IMG/VR virus record: IMGVR_UViG_3300001460_000004
Location: 124,001 to 188,000 of that record
DNA: 64,000 bases
Direction: 5' to 3' (one strand)
The position numbers and the translations under genes were made by a program. Positions within the stretch are counted from its first letter, which is position 1. Each line of letters begins with the position of its first letter. Shown piece after piece: positions 40,224-49,180 of this stretch. The notes below the pieces were generated by a model that searched no databases, was not told the origin of the DNA, and saw only the letters and a program-made list of their open reading frames with translations.

Positions 40224-40234
40224 TATACCAAAAT

Positions 40235-40259
40235 AAAGGCACTTTTGGGTGCCTTTTTT
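40235..40259 (+). terminator. Intrinsic terminator
   Basis: AAAGGCAC-TTTTGG-GTGCCTTT followed by a T tract. Confidence 0.85.
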
Positions 40260-40285
40260 CTTGACTTTTTTTCCAATTCCTTATT

Positions 40286-40298
40286 AATCAACGACTTA
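40286..40298 (+). promoter_or_regulatory. IHF-consensus site upstream of early promoters
   Basis: AATCAACGACTTA matches WATCAANNNNTTR. Confidence 0.5.
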
Positions 40299-40379
40299 GT
40301 TGCCCAAGAAAAGGTTGCTCAAACGAGCATTGTGTCATATAATATATGTAACAGTTAAAAAACAAAAAAGAAAAAAAAG

Positions 40380-40565
40380 ATGACAGAAGAGCATAGTCCA
40401 AGGGTAGACGGATTCAATGAAGTTGTTGTATACTGTGATACTAATAGAACTTGGTGTATGGGCGAACAAATGGATCATCCTAAAGTATACTACACAATAC
40501 CAGATGGCGGAGAAGCTATATGTGGTTACTGTGATATAAAGTTTAGATTAAAAAAACCATTATAG
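40380..40565 (+). CDS. zf-CHCC zinc-finger protein (NDUFS6-like)
   Basis: C.G...DHPKVY......ICGYCD. Confidence 0.8.
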   Translation: MTEEHSPRVDGFNEVVVYCDTNRTWCMGEQMDHPKVYYTIPDGGEAICGYCDIKFRLKKPL

Positions 40566-40660
40566 CAATATAAAGGTTGACATAGTAATAAAACTGTGTT
40601 ACTGTATTAATATAAGTTGACAAAGAGCAACAAACAAATCGTGTTAATTAGGAGCAATAA

Positions 40661-41668
40661 ATGAATAAAGTTGAAATTAAAAACGGTACGTATCGCGGCG
40701 TTGAAGTTAACGGTGTGTTTTCATTAGTCAAACCTGTACAAACAGGAACAAAAGGAATGTTTCTCACCGTGCAAGGGCAAGGTCAATTTGAAGGTCGAGA
40801 TAAAATTCGAGTGTTAGTTGATAACAAAGACTCGTTTGAATACATTGGTGGTAACCCAGTAACTGATGTCAAACAAGATGTTGAGACAGATGAACAAATA
40901 ATCAAGCGTATTGAAGAGCGTTTTCAAATACTTGAAGATATGACCAAAGCTACAATTAACAGTGATGTACGTGCTATGATTGTCACAGGACCTCCAGGTG
41001 TTGGTAAAAGTTTTGGTGTTGAAACTGAACTTGAAAAAGCAAGTTTGTTTGAACAGATTGCAGGCAAAGGACTCAAGTACGAGGTTGTTAAGGGTGCAAT
41101 GACTCCAATTGGATTGTATGCAACACTTTACAAACATGCAGATAAAAATCATGTACTAGTGTTTGATGATTGTGATAGTATTTTGTTAGATGATTTGAGT
41201 TTAAACATTCTCAAAGCCGCACTTGACAGCGGTAAACGTAGACGTATTCATTGGAATGCAGACAGCAGTAAATTGCGTAATGAAGGTATTCCAAATAGTT
41301 TTGATTTTAAAGGCGGAGTAATTTTTATTACTAACTTAAACTTTGAAACACTAAAAAGCAAACGTCTTAAAGATCATTTGGATGCATTGCAATCACGTTG
41401 TCACTATTTGGATCTTACATTAAACACCATGCGTGATAAGATCTTGCGTATTAAACAGATCTTTAACAAAGGCGACTTGTTTGTTGACTATGATTTTGAT
41501 GCAGAAACAGGTGATGAAATTATTGCCTTTATGGGCGAAAATAAAGATCGTTTGCGTGAAGTTAGTTTGCGTATGGCACTTAAAATTGCAGACTTAACTA
41601 AAGTTAGCAAAACAAATTGGAGAAATTTAGCTAAGTCAACTTGCATGCGAAATGCATACGCAAAATAA
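40661..41668 (+). CDS. AAA+/P-loop ATPase of unknown function
   Basis: GPPGVGKS, LVFDDCD, FITN, ALQSR (arginine finger). Confidence 0.85.
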   Translation: MNKVEIKNGTYRGVEVNGVFSLVKPVQTGTKGMFLTVQGQGQFEGRDKIRVLVDNKDSFEYIGGNPVTDVKQDVETDEQIIKRIEERFQILEDMTKATINSDVRAMIVTGPPGVGKSFGVETELEKASLFEQIAGKGLKYEVVKGAMTPIGLYATLYKHADKNHVLVFDDCDSILLDDLSLNILKAALDSGKRRRIHWNADSSKLRNEGIPNSFDFKGGVIFITNLNFETLKSKRLKDHLDALQSRCHYLDLTLNTMRDKILRIKQIFNKGDLFVDYDFDAETGDEIIAFMGENKDRLREVSLRMALKIADLTKVSKTNWRNLAKSTCMRNAYAK

Positions 41669-41673
41669 GAACA

Positions 41674-41745
41674 ACCGGGATGATACTTACACGTTTCTAG
41701 CTCCTGAGTCATCCCGGTAACCTTGGAGTGAAATACTCCACAAGG
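41674..41745 (+). ncRNA. Candidate structured 3' UTR / small RNA (two hairpins, anti-SD loop)
   Basis: ACCGGGATGA/TCATCCCGGT stem enclosing CTAGCTCCT; second stem CCTTGGAGT..ACTCCACAAGG. Confidence 0.4.
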
Positions 41746-41777
41746 GGTACTAGTTTAATACTAGTACCTCTTTTTTT
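41744..41777 (+). terminator. Intrinsic terminator
   Basis: GGGGTACTAGT-TTAAT-ACTAGTACCTC followed by T7. Confidence 0.85.
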
Positions 41778-41791
41778 GATTAAATAATGAT

Positions 41792-42937
41792 ATGATCTTC
41801 TGTCATGCTCCCTGGACAAATATTGATATTAACCAACAAGGCACAATAGCACCTTGTTGTAAGTTTCGTCATGTTCATTACAATGAATCTGAATACAATA
41901 TTTTTGATCATTCTGTGGAACAGTATATTGAAAGCGATACATTAACTTCAGTTAAAGAAGATTTCAAACAAGGTAATTGGCCAATTGGGTGTATACGTTG
42001 TAAAACAGAAGAAGAAAACAGGATACCAAGCAAAAGGCAAATGGATTATAAACGTTGGCAATCGGTGTTAGACTCTCGTGACTTAATCAAAAAAGAATTT
42101 ATAACTAGTAGTATTGCATTTGGAAATACATGCAATCTTAAATGTATTACATGCAGCAGCTGGGCTAGTAGTCGGTGGCACAAAGAATATAAAGACTTAA
42201 CTGGTATGGATATTAAACCAGTACACTTTCGTAAAAATAAATTTGTAGAAGAGTTTGTTAAATGGGCACCTGATATGTTGCACATTGACATTCCAGGCGG
42301 TGAACCATTTTTAAGTGGTGTACCAGCACAACATCAATTATTAGACTACTATATTACAACAGGCAAAGCTCAACACATGACATTGCACTATACAACAAAT
42401 GTTACAATTTGGCCTAATGACGAATGGTGGACTAGATGGCAACATTTTAAAAACGTAGAAATACAATTGAGTTTGGATGGTATTGATCAACAGTTTGAAT
42501 ACATTAGACATCCGGCAAACTGGAATACAGTATTACAACACATCAAACAATACCAAACCAAACAGATAAAATACATTAACGTTGAGCTAAGTGTTGCCCA
42601 CACTGTAAGTGCATACAATGTTTATTACCTTGACAAGTTTTATGCATGGTGCGAAAGCGTTGGGTTACCAAAACCTTGGTGCGGCAGAGTACATGATCCA
42701 AATGAAATGCGTCCAACTGTTTGGCATGGTAAAGCCAAGCAAGCTATAATAAAAAGATTATATAAAAGTAAATTTATTGATGTAAGGAAATGGGCTCAAC
42801 TGATGTTAGAAAATGATGACAGTGAGCATTATGATGCATTTGTAAAACGTACGGCATGGCATGACCAATACCGCGGCACAAACTTTTCAAAAATTTTTCC
42901 TGAAATGTCTGAATATCTGTTGACACATGCGTCCTAA
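41792..42937 (+). CDS. Radical SAM protein with N-terminal twitch/SPASM-like Cys cluster
   Basis: FCHAPW...PCC...GCIRC; CNLKCITC; GGEP; SLDG..FEYIRHP. Confidence 0.9.
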   Translation: MIFCHAPWTNIDINQQGTIAPCCKFRHVHYNESEYNIFDHSVEQYIESDTLTSVKEDFKQGNWPIGCIRCKTEEENRIPSKRQMDYKRWQSVLDSRDLIKKEFITSSIAFGNTCNLKCITCSSWASSRWHKEYKDLTGMDIKPVHFRKNKFVEEFVKWAPDMLHIDIPGGEPFLSGVPAQHQLLDYYITTGKAQHMTLHYTTNVTIWPNDEWWTRWQHFKNVEIQLSLDGIDQQFEYIRHPANWNTVLQHIKQYQTKQIKYINVELSVAHTVSAYNVYYLDKFYAWCESVGLPKPWCGRVHDPNEMRPTVWHGKAKQAIIKRLYKSKFIDVRKWAQLMLENDDSEHYDAFVKRTAWHDQYRGTNFSKIFPEMSEYLLTHAS

Positions 42938-42948
42938 TAACGTATAAT
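42920..42948 (+). promoter_or_regulatory. Perfect-consensus sigma70 promoter, 6 nt before an ATG
   Basis: TTGACA-N17-TATAAT-N6-ATG. Confidence 0.8.
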
Positions 42949-42954
42949 AATTAT

Positions 42955-43737
42955 ATGTCAAAAAAAGTATTAGTAACTGGCTGTAGTATGACCCGAGGGC
43001 ATGGATTACGCAATGAACAAGACGATAAATGTCTATGGGTCAATGCATTGTTACCTAACTGTATAATTAACAATTATGCAGTTGATGGTGCAAACAACTA
43101 TAGTATTTTTATGCAAACTCTTGCACACTTACGACAAAACTATTATGATGTAGTATTAGTTGGCTGGAGTGCAATACCTCGTTGGTGTTTTAATGTTGGA
43201 CTTGAATTGTATCAAACACACACTGTACTTAGAGATGACGGACACAGTATAAACACAAACGACGGTGGACATTTTACTAGCAAATGGTTAGGCGAAACTG
43301 GTGACCGACTACGTAAAATACAAAACGATCACTGGGATCTATTAGACTTAGTTGCATTTGTGAATGTAATACGTGACATTCAAGTTACAATGAGAGGTGG
43401 TAAACTTGTATTTGTTAACACCCTTGGGCCATGGCCCAGTGAATACTTTGAAAGAAAAAACATTTCATTACCAGACGAACTAGACGAATTTGAAAAAGTC
43501 ATGTATAATATAAACAATAGAGATGATGAAGAAATATTAACCTTGTACAATAAAGTTCACGACGACTACAAATACAATGGCGGAATTCGTAGTGAATTGT
43601 GGTTGAACTTGTACAACAGTTTAGCATCTCTACAACAAGACACGGTAAGTGCAGAAGATTTACATCCTGGGTATGCTAGCCAAGCACATTATACTGATGC
43701 TTTTAAAAATAAAATTGATCGGATGATTGCAGAATGA
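42955..43737 (+). CDS. SGNH/GDSL-like protein
   Basis: TGCSMTRG (block I), NYAVDGANN (block II), DLHPG (block V). Confidence 0.65.
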   Translation: MSKKVLVTGCSMTRGHGLRNEQDDKCLWVNALLPNCIINNYAVDGANNYSIFMQTLAHLRQNYYDVVLVGWSAIPRWCFNVGLELYQTHTVLRDDGHSINTNDGGHFTSKWLGETGDRLRKIQNDHWDLLDLVAFVNVIRDIQVTMRGGKLVFVNTLGPWPSEYFERKNISLPDELDEFEKVMYNINNRDDEEILTLYNKVHDDYKYNGGIRSELWLNLYNSLASLQQDTVSAEDLHPGYASQAHYTDAFKNKIDRMIAE

Positions 43738-45200
43738 AACAAGCAACTCTCATAGTACGAGACGAAGTTAATATTAAATTTGAAGGCTTAGATTTAGATA
43801 CTCGCAAAAAACTGCATGCTAAATTTAAATTTCCTGTACCTTATGCAAGATATTTACCAGCAGTTAAACTTGGACGATGGGATGGCAAGATTGCATTTTT
43901 TCAAATGGGAGGTAGTAGCTATGTAAACTTATTGCCACAAATACTTCCGATGGTAGTTGACGAAGGATATGACATAGAATTAAGTGACCTGCGTGAATAT
44001 ACAACCACATTTGATTTTGACAAAGTAACGAGTAATTCATTTGCACATATCAAATGGCCAGAAAAACATCCAGCTGCTGGCGAAAGTATAACATTACGTG
44101 ATTATCAAGTTGAAATAGTTAATAAGTTTTTAGAAAACCCACAATGTTTACAGGAAATTGCAACCGGCGCAGGTAAAACTATTATGACTGCGGCACTGAG
44201 TCAACGCATTGAATCATATGGACGTAGTATTGTTATTGTTCCCAATAAAAGTTTAGTAACACAAACTGAAAAAGATTACATCAACATGGGATTGGATGTG
44301 GGTGTATTTTTTGGTGACAGAAAAGAATTTGGTAAAACACATACAATTTGTACTTGGCAAAGTTTGAATATACTGTTAAAGAATACAAAAAGTTTTGAAG
44401 CCGAAGTTACAATACAAGATTTTTTAGAAGATGTTGTTTGTGTTATAGTTGATGAAGTACATATGGCTAAAGCAGACGCACTAAAAACACTATTAACTGG
44501 TGTAATGAGTCAAATACCTATACGTTGGGGATTAACAGGAACAATACCCAAGGAAGCATTTGAATTTGAAGCATTACATGTAAGTATAGGCCCAGTTGAA
44601 AGTCAACTGAGTGCTAGTGAATTACAAGAGAGAGGTGTATTGGCAAATTGCCATGTGAATATTGTACAATTAATTGACCAGGTAGAATATAATAATTATC
44701 AAAGTGAATTAAAATACTTATTGGAAGAAACAGGTAGACTGGATACTATAAGCGAACTTGTTAGTCGAGTTAACTTAACTGGAAATACATTAGTATTAGT
44801 TGATAGAATTAGTGCAGGCACAGCATTACAACAAAGATTGCCTGACAGTGTTTTTATTAGTGGTGGTACTAAATCAGGTGAAAGGCAAGATGAGTATGAT
44901 GAAGTGGCTACTGCCCAAGGTAAAATTATTATTGCCACTTATGGGGTGGCTGCTGTGGGGATTAATATTCCCCGTATCTTTAATTTGGTTTTGTTGGAAC
45001 CTGGAAAAAGTTTTGTTCGAGTTATCCAAAGTATCGGGCGTGGGATAAGAAAAGCAGAGGACAAAGATCATGTGCAAATATGGGATATCACTAGTACATG
45101 TAAATACGCCAAACGACATTTAACAAAAAGAAAAACATTTTACAAAGAGGCAAATTATCCCTTTAGTATTGAAAAATTAGATTGGATGAAAATTAAATGA
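43734..45200 (+). CDS. uvsW: SF2 DNA helicase (UvsW-like)
   Basis: LRDYQ, ATGAGKT, DEVH, GLTGT, QSIGRGIR. Confidence 0.9.
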   Translation: MKQATLIVRDEVNIKFEGLDLDTRKKLHAKFKFPVPYARYLPAVKLGRWDGKIAFFQMGGSSYVNLLPQILPMVVDEGYDIELSDLREYTTTFDFDKVTSNSFAHIKWPEKHPAAGESITLRDYQVEIVNKFLENPQCLQEIATGAGKTIMTAALSQRIESYGRSIVIVPNKSLVTQTEKDYINMGLDVGVFFGDRKEFGKTHTICTWQSLNILLKNTKSFEAEVTIQDFLEDVVCVIVDEVHMAKADALKTLLTGVMSQIPIRWGLTGTIPKEAFEFEALHVSIGPVESQLSASELQERGVLANCHVNIVQLIDQVEYNNYQSELKYLLEETGRLDTISELVSRVNLTGNTLVLVDRISAGTALQQRLPDSVFISGGTKSGERQDEYDEVATAQGKIIIATYGVAAVGINIPRIFNLVLLEPGKSFVRVIQSIGRGIRKAEDKDHVQIWDITSTCKYAKRHLTKRKTFYKEANYPFSIEKLDWMKIK

Positions 45201-45213
45201 TAAGAGACTTAAA

Positions 45214-45717
45214 ATGAAAATACTACAACTTGATACAAATAGATCATACAACTTAGAAACACTGCCAGATGAAATTGGTGATTTACGTTTTGCAATATTT
45301 GACAATAGTGATCCTACTAATCCAGATTATTTCTTTATACCTTTAATTTACTTAGAGTCTTTTAGTAGCCCTGCATTGGTGTTACGCATTGGAGAACATA
45401 CAGTAAAAATGCCAATGGATTGGCAACTTTTAATTGGTGAACATGATACTGGAGATCTTGAAGTATTGCCATTGACCAGTTTAAACGATCGAGGATTTAG
45501 TGCATTTAAATTTAATCCATTAACTGATTTTCGACCCGAGTTTTACCCTGTAGAAGTAATTGATGTCTATCAAGATGTTACATGGTATGCGCCTAAACTT
45601 AAAAACGGACAATTACTTTGTGTGCCACTTAGTGACGACCCAAAGCCAGAATGTGTATACTTTGTTAAGGATGTAAACCGCAACAGTGAAATTGTTGATT
45701 ATAACAAGGCTTGGTAA
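45214..45717 (+). CDS. Hypothetical beta-rich protein
   Basis: 167-aa ORF in the replication operon. Confidence 0.7.
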   Translation: MKILQLDTNRSYNLETLPDEIGDLRFAIFDNSDPTNPDYFFIPLIYLESFSSPALVLRIGEHTVKMPMDWQLLIGEHDTGDLEVLPLTSLNDRGFSAFKFNPLTDFRPEFYPVEVIDVYQDVTWYAPKLKNGQLLCVPLSDDPKPECVYFVKDVNRNSEIVDYNKAW

Positions 45718-46041
45718 ATGGGAAAATATTTAATTGTCTTTGTGACACTGTTTGTTGGTGCTTGCAGTAATTTACCTCAACCGCCTATAAGTTTTAATAA
45801 AAAAACAGTTATTATACCAAGAATCACTCCAGTTAAATTAAGAGAGGTTGACTGGATGACAATAAGCATGTATAATATAGATGAAACAATTACAACCCTG
45901 CAATCTAAAGGACAGCCTGCTACAGTGTTTGGTCTCAGCGGTCAAGACTATGAGGACATAAGCGTAAACTTTGAAGCAATGCGGGACTATATAAAAGCAC
46001 AACAACGTATTATTGATGCATATGAGGAATATCTCAAGTGA
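45718..46041 (+). CDS. Lipoprotein, probable o-spanin
   Basis: Lipobox (VGAC), Pro-rich linker, C-terminal amphipathic helix. Confidence 0.6.
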   Translation: MGKYLIVFVTLFVGACSNLPQPPISFNKKTVIIPRITPVKLREVDWMTISMYNIDETITTLQSKGQPATVFGLSGQDYEDISVNFEAMRDYIKAQQRIIDAYEEYLK

Positions 46042-46493
46042 GTGAAAAACTAAACATAGCAAATGAAATGCGATGTGTGGATCAAAAAGATCGAGCCTTC
46101 TATGACAGTTTGACTGACGAAGAAAGAAAAAAGTTTTCAAACTTTCTTATGATACGGTGGAGTAGTTGTGTTAGCGGTGGTCGAGAAATGCAAGAGTACT
46201 ATGTACAAAGTTGCAATCATTTTTTAAACAAACATTTTTTTACTATTAACAAACATCCTAAACTACAATGGTTATGTGCTACAGCTATTAGTCCAGGAAT
46301 GGGAACGCATCGACACAATTGGATAAGCCCTAAAAAGAAAAATAAAGGAACTGATGCAAAGGTTCGCAAAATACTTTTACAAGAATTTCCTAATACAAAG
46401 TCTGATGACTTAGATGTACTATTAAAAATAAACAATTTAAAAGATGTACGAGCGTTTTTAAAAGAACGAGGGCATGATTCTAAAAGTCAGTAA
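46038..46493 (+). CDS. Possible clamp-loader small subunit (gp62-like)
   Basis: FLMIRWSS...N...HPKLQW...RHNWI pattern and size resemble gp62; weak. Confidence 0.45.
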   Translation: MSEKLNIANEMRCVDQKDRAFYDSLTDEERKKFSNFLMIRWSSCVSGGREMQEYYVQSCNHFLNKHFFTINKHPKLQWLCATAISPGMGTHRHNWISPKKKNKGTDAKVRKILLQEFPNTKSDDLDVLLKINNLKDVRAFLKERGHDSKSQ

Positions 46494-47220
46494 TATTGTA
46501 TTCAAACCCTTTATTACGTATGCGTTCTAATACAGTATCAAATACAGTACCATCATCCCCAATAGATATTAGTATTACATTAGGAGATTGGTAAGTTAAT
46601 CCGGTTAAACGCCCGTCCTTTAAGGCACAATTTATTAATTGATGATCATGTGGACCAAACCAAAATTGATTTTGTATTTCTTCTTCAGAATTGGCTATTA
46701 TCTCTAACCGTTTTCCACTAGTTGCATGTGGTAAAAGTGATCGGCAGTGCAAGTGTATCCGACTTTCAGTTCCATAATTTTGTGCAGTATGTGTTAAGCC
46801 AGTGTCCATTAAACTCCAAACACCGTTAACAGGCATATGGTGTATAGTTTGATTATCAAAGTCCATCATAACAGCTAGTGGATTTGTAGTAATAGCTAAG
46901 TGATACCGATCATCTTGATCACTGTGGGCACCGTAATACCTACGTGGATCTAGTTTTCTTAAATAGGCACCACCAACTGGTCCTAATAAATTTAATGCAT
47001 CTCCAACAGGAGTATTTTCAAATTCTGGTAACAACACATATGGATCGTTTACATTTAAATTGGCTCCTGGTTTGACAACTGCATCGCTACCATCTGGGGC
47101 AGTGTTTACTTTGTATGCCCATCCATTGTCTTTACCATTTGCCCATGGCATATTTAACACTTGCTCTATGAGCAAAGCTGTGTTAATATTAGCTAAGTGT
47201 GTTAGAGGTGTGAGTAGCAT
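46480..47220 (-). CDS. 2OG-Fe(II)/cupin oxygenase (Asp/Asn beta-hydroxylase-like); start revised to 47220
   Basis: HSD..RYHL...HTAQN...RIHL facial-triad pattern; TAAGTA-N5-ATG at 47220. Confidence 0.7.
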   Translation of the reverse strand: MLLTPLTHLANINTALLIEQVLNMPWANGKDNGWAYKVNTAPDGSDAVVKPGANLNVNDPYVLLPEFENTPVGDALNLLGPVGGAYLRKLDPRRYYGAHSDQDDRYHLAITTNPLAVMMDFDNQTIHHMPVNGVWSLMDTGLTHTAQNYGTESRIHLHCRSLLPHATSGKRLEIIANSEEEIQNQFWFGPHDHQLINCALKDGRLTGLTYQSPNVILISIGDDGTVFDTVLERIRNKGFEYNITDF

Positions 47221-47238
47221 GTTAGTACTTATTAAGAA

Positions 47239-47913
47239 ATGAAATACAAGTGTAAATATTGCAAAAAAGAATTTCAAAGGGAGAATACTCTTGCAGTGCA
47301 TGTGTGCGAAAAGAAACGTAGATATTTAAATCGTAACGAACCTGGGGTATTAATTGGCTACAAGGCATATCTACGTTTCTATGAAATAACACAGGGCAGT
47401 AAAAAAACAAAAACATATGAAGAATTTAGTAACACTGCATATTACAGAGCATTTGTAAAGTTTGGTTATTCTTGCAGAGACATTAGATGTGTTAACATTG
47501 TACAGTTTACAGAATGGCTAATCAAACATAATAAAAAATTAGACAATTGGTGCAGTGACCGATTGTATACTGAATTTCTTGAGGTGTACTTAACAGTAGA
47601 AAGTGTAAACGATGCACTCACTCGAGCAATTGAAGAAAGCATACGCTGGAATGAAAAAACTGGTAATCCAACACATGATTATTTGCGTTATGGAAATATA
47701 AATGAATTGTGTTATGCAGTTACAACAGGTAGAATAAGTGGATGGGTGTTGTATAACTGTAATAGCGGCCAGGAGTTGTTGACTAAGTTAAATAAAGAAC
47801 AAATTGAAATGCTTTGGCCATGGATTACTAGTGATATTTGGGCTAAAAAGTTTAAAGAGTATCCAGAAGATATGAAATATGCAAAACACATACTTAAAAC
47901 AGCAGGTTGGTAA
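47239..47913 (+). CDS. Hypothetical protein with N-terminal C2H2/C2HC-type zinc finger
   Basis: YKCKYCKKEFQRENTLAVHVC. Confidence 0.75.
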   Translation: MKYKCKYCKKEFQRENTLAVHVCEKKRRYLNRNEPGVLIGYKAYLRFYEITQGSKKTKTYEEFSNTAYYRAFVKFGYSCRDIRCVNIVQFTEWLIKHNKKLDNWCSDRLYTEFLEVYLTVESVNDALTRAIEESIRWNEKTGNPTHDYLRYGNINELCYAVTTGRISGWVLYNCNSGQELLTKLNKEQIEMLWPWITSDIWAKKFKEYPEDMKYAKHILKTAGW

Positions 47914-48899
47914 TGATACTAATTGATTTTCCAGGTGGTGCACACGGCAACTATGTTGAATACATTTGCAATAGATTTCTAGCCGGAGTAAAAACCAATC
48001 CTAGTCCTTTTAAAAGCAGTGGTGTGAGTCATGCCAAAGAATACTATAGTCCAATTAAATTTGAGGCTAAACATTATTTTCAATTTGAACCCAAAAGTGT
48101 GCTAGGTAGTACCCTAATTTCAATACAAGTAAAACAGCAACATTTGATGCAATTAATAGCGATCAATTTTTTACGTGCAGGCGAAGGAAATATTGATGTA
48201 AGAAAATTAGAAGATACACTGTATGATAGGTTAAAAGTTACCAACACTGGAATGATTGATAGCATACGCAAGAATTATATCAACCAAAGTATACTTGGAT
48301 ACAAAGATATCAAGGATCCTAAGTGGCCCAATTGTGATAGTATAGAAGAATATCATCAATTACCACAGTACATTAAAAAAGAATTAACTGAACTACACAA
48401 CTTTGAATTTTGGGAGTTTGATGAAAACAACCCTTATTGTCCACGATGGATAATGAGAGATTATTTTTATCAAGGATTTATGGCCGAAGAAAACAGCGGT
48501 TTTTGGCAGTTTTGTTTAACACAAGAACGTGTGCGTCAAACAGCCCAACAAAGTTTGAGCATTGATTTTATGGATTTGTATAATATAGATAGTTTCACAA
48601 ATATTGTACAGCAAATTGCTAACTTTACTGGGTATACATTTGAAGAGACACAAGAGTTTAGAAACATACATCAAACATTTTTAAATAACCAACCTTTTAA
48701 AAACAGCTACAATTTTTGTAGTATGTTAATTACCGATATTATTAATAACCAAATTGATAAATTACCAGAACTTGATGTCTTGCAAGAAGGTTATATCTGT
48801 GCTAAACTATGTAAACATTATGACACCACTGTAGATTTAAGCGATGCCAGAGACTGGTTTAAAACATCAATATTACTTAAAGGATTTGTAAATGATTAA
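47907..48899 (+). CDS. Hypothetical P-loop/sulfotransferase-like protein with an inserted DPxWP module
   Basis: DFPGGAHGNY; YKDIKDPKWPNC...LPQYIKKEL. Confidence 0.6.
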   Translation: MVMILIDFPGGAHGNYVEYICNRFLAGVKTNPSPFKSSGVSHAKEYYSPIKFEAKHYFQFEPKSVLGSTLISIQVKQQHLMQLIAINFLRAGEGNIDVRKLEDTLYDRLKVTNTGMIDSIRKNYINQSILGYKDIKDPKWPNCDSIEEYHQLPQYIKKELTELHNFEFWEFDENNPYCPRWIMRDYFYQGFMAEENSGFWQFCLTQERVRQTAQQSLSIDFMDLYNIDSFTNIVQQIANFTGYTFEETQEFRNIHQTFLNNQPFKNSYNFCSMLITDIINNQIDKLPELDVLQEGYICAKLCKHYDTTVDLSDARDWFKTSILLKGFVND

Positions 48900-49173
48900 G
48901 CCAGTGATACAGTTTTTTAAAGAAAGCTATAGGCTTTCACCGCTTGCATATTATTGCGAATTAGCAGAAACTATATTATTAGTTTCTGCAAGTGCAATTC
49001 TTACATTAACAGTACTGGATCCTGCAACAAAGATTTTTATTCCGTTGTACCTGGCAGGCAGTATACTTGGAGTAGTTAGCACAGTAATTCGCAAAGCAGG
49101 CTTTGCTATTGTATTGTGTGGGTGGTTTGTTGTAATGAATAGTATTGCAATGGTACAACTTTTTATACTATAG
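48892..49173 (+). CDS. Small membrane protein (about 3 TM segments)
   Basis: Strongly hydrophobic 93-aa ORF. Confidence 0.7.
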   Translation: MIKPVIQFFKESYRLSPLAYYCELAETILLVSASAILTLTVLDPATKIFIPLYLAGSILGVVSTVIRKAGFAIVLCGWFVVMNSIAMVQLFIL

Positions 49174-49180
49174 GTGAATA

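Noticed and set aside
41674-41745. Possible tRNA gene
   Set aside because: No cloverleaf, no GTTCRA T-loop, no acceptor stem; kept only as a structured UTR candidate
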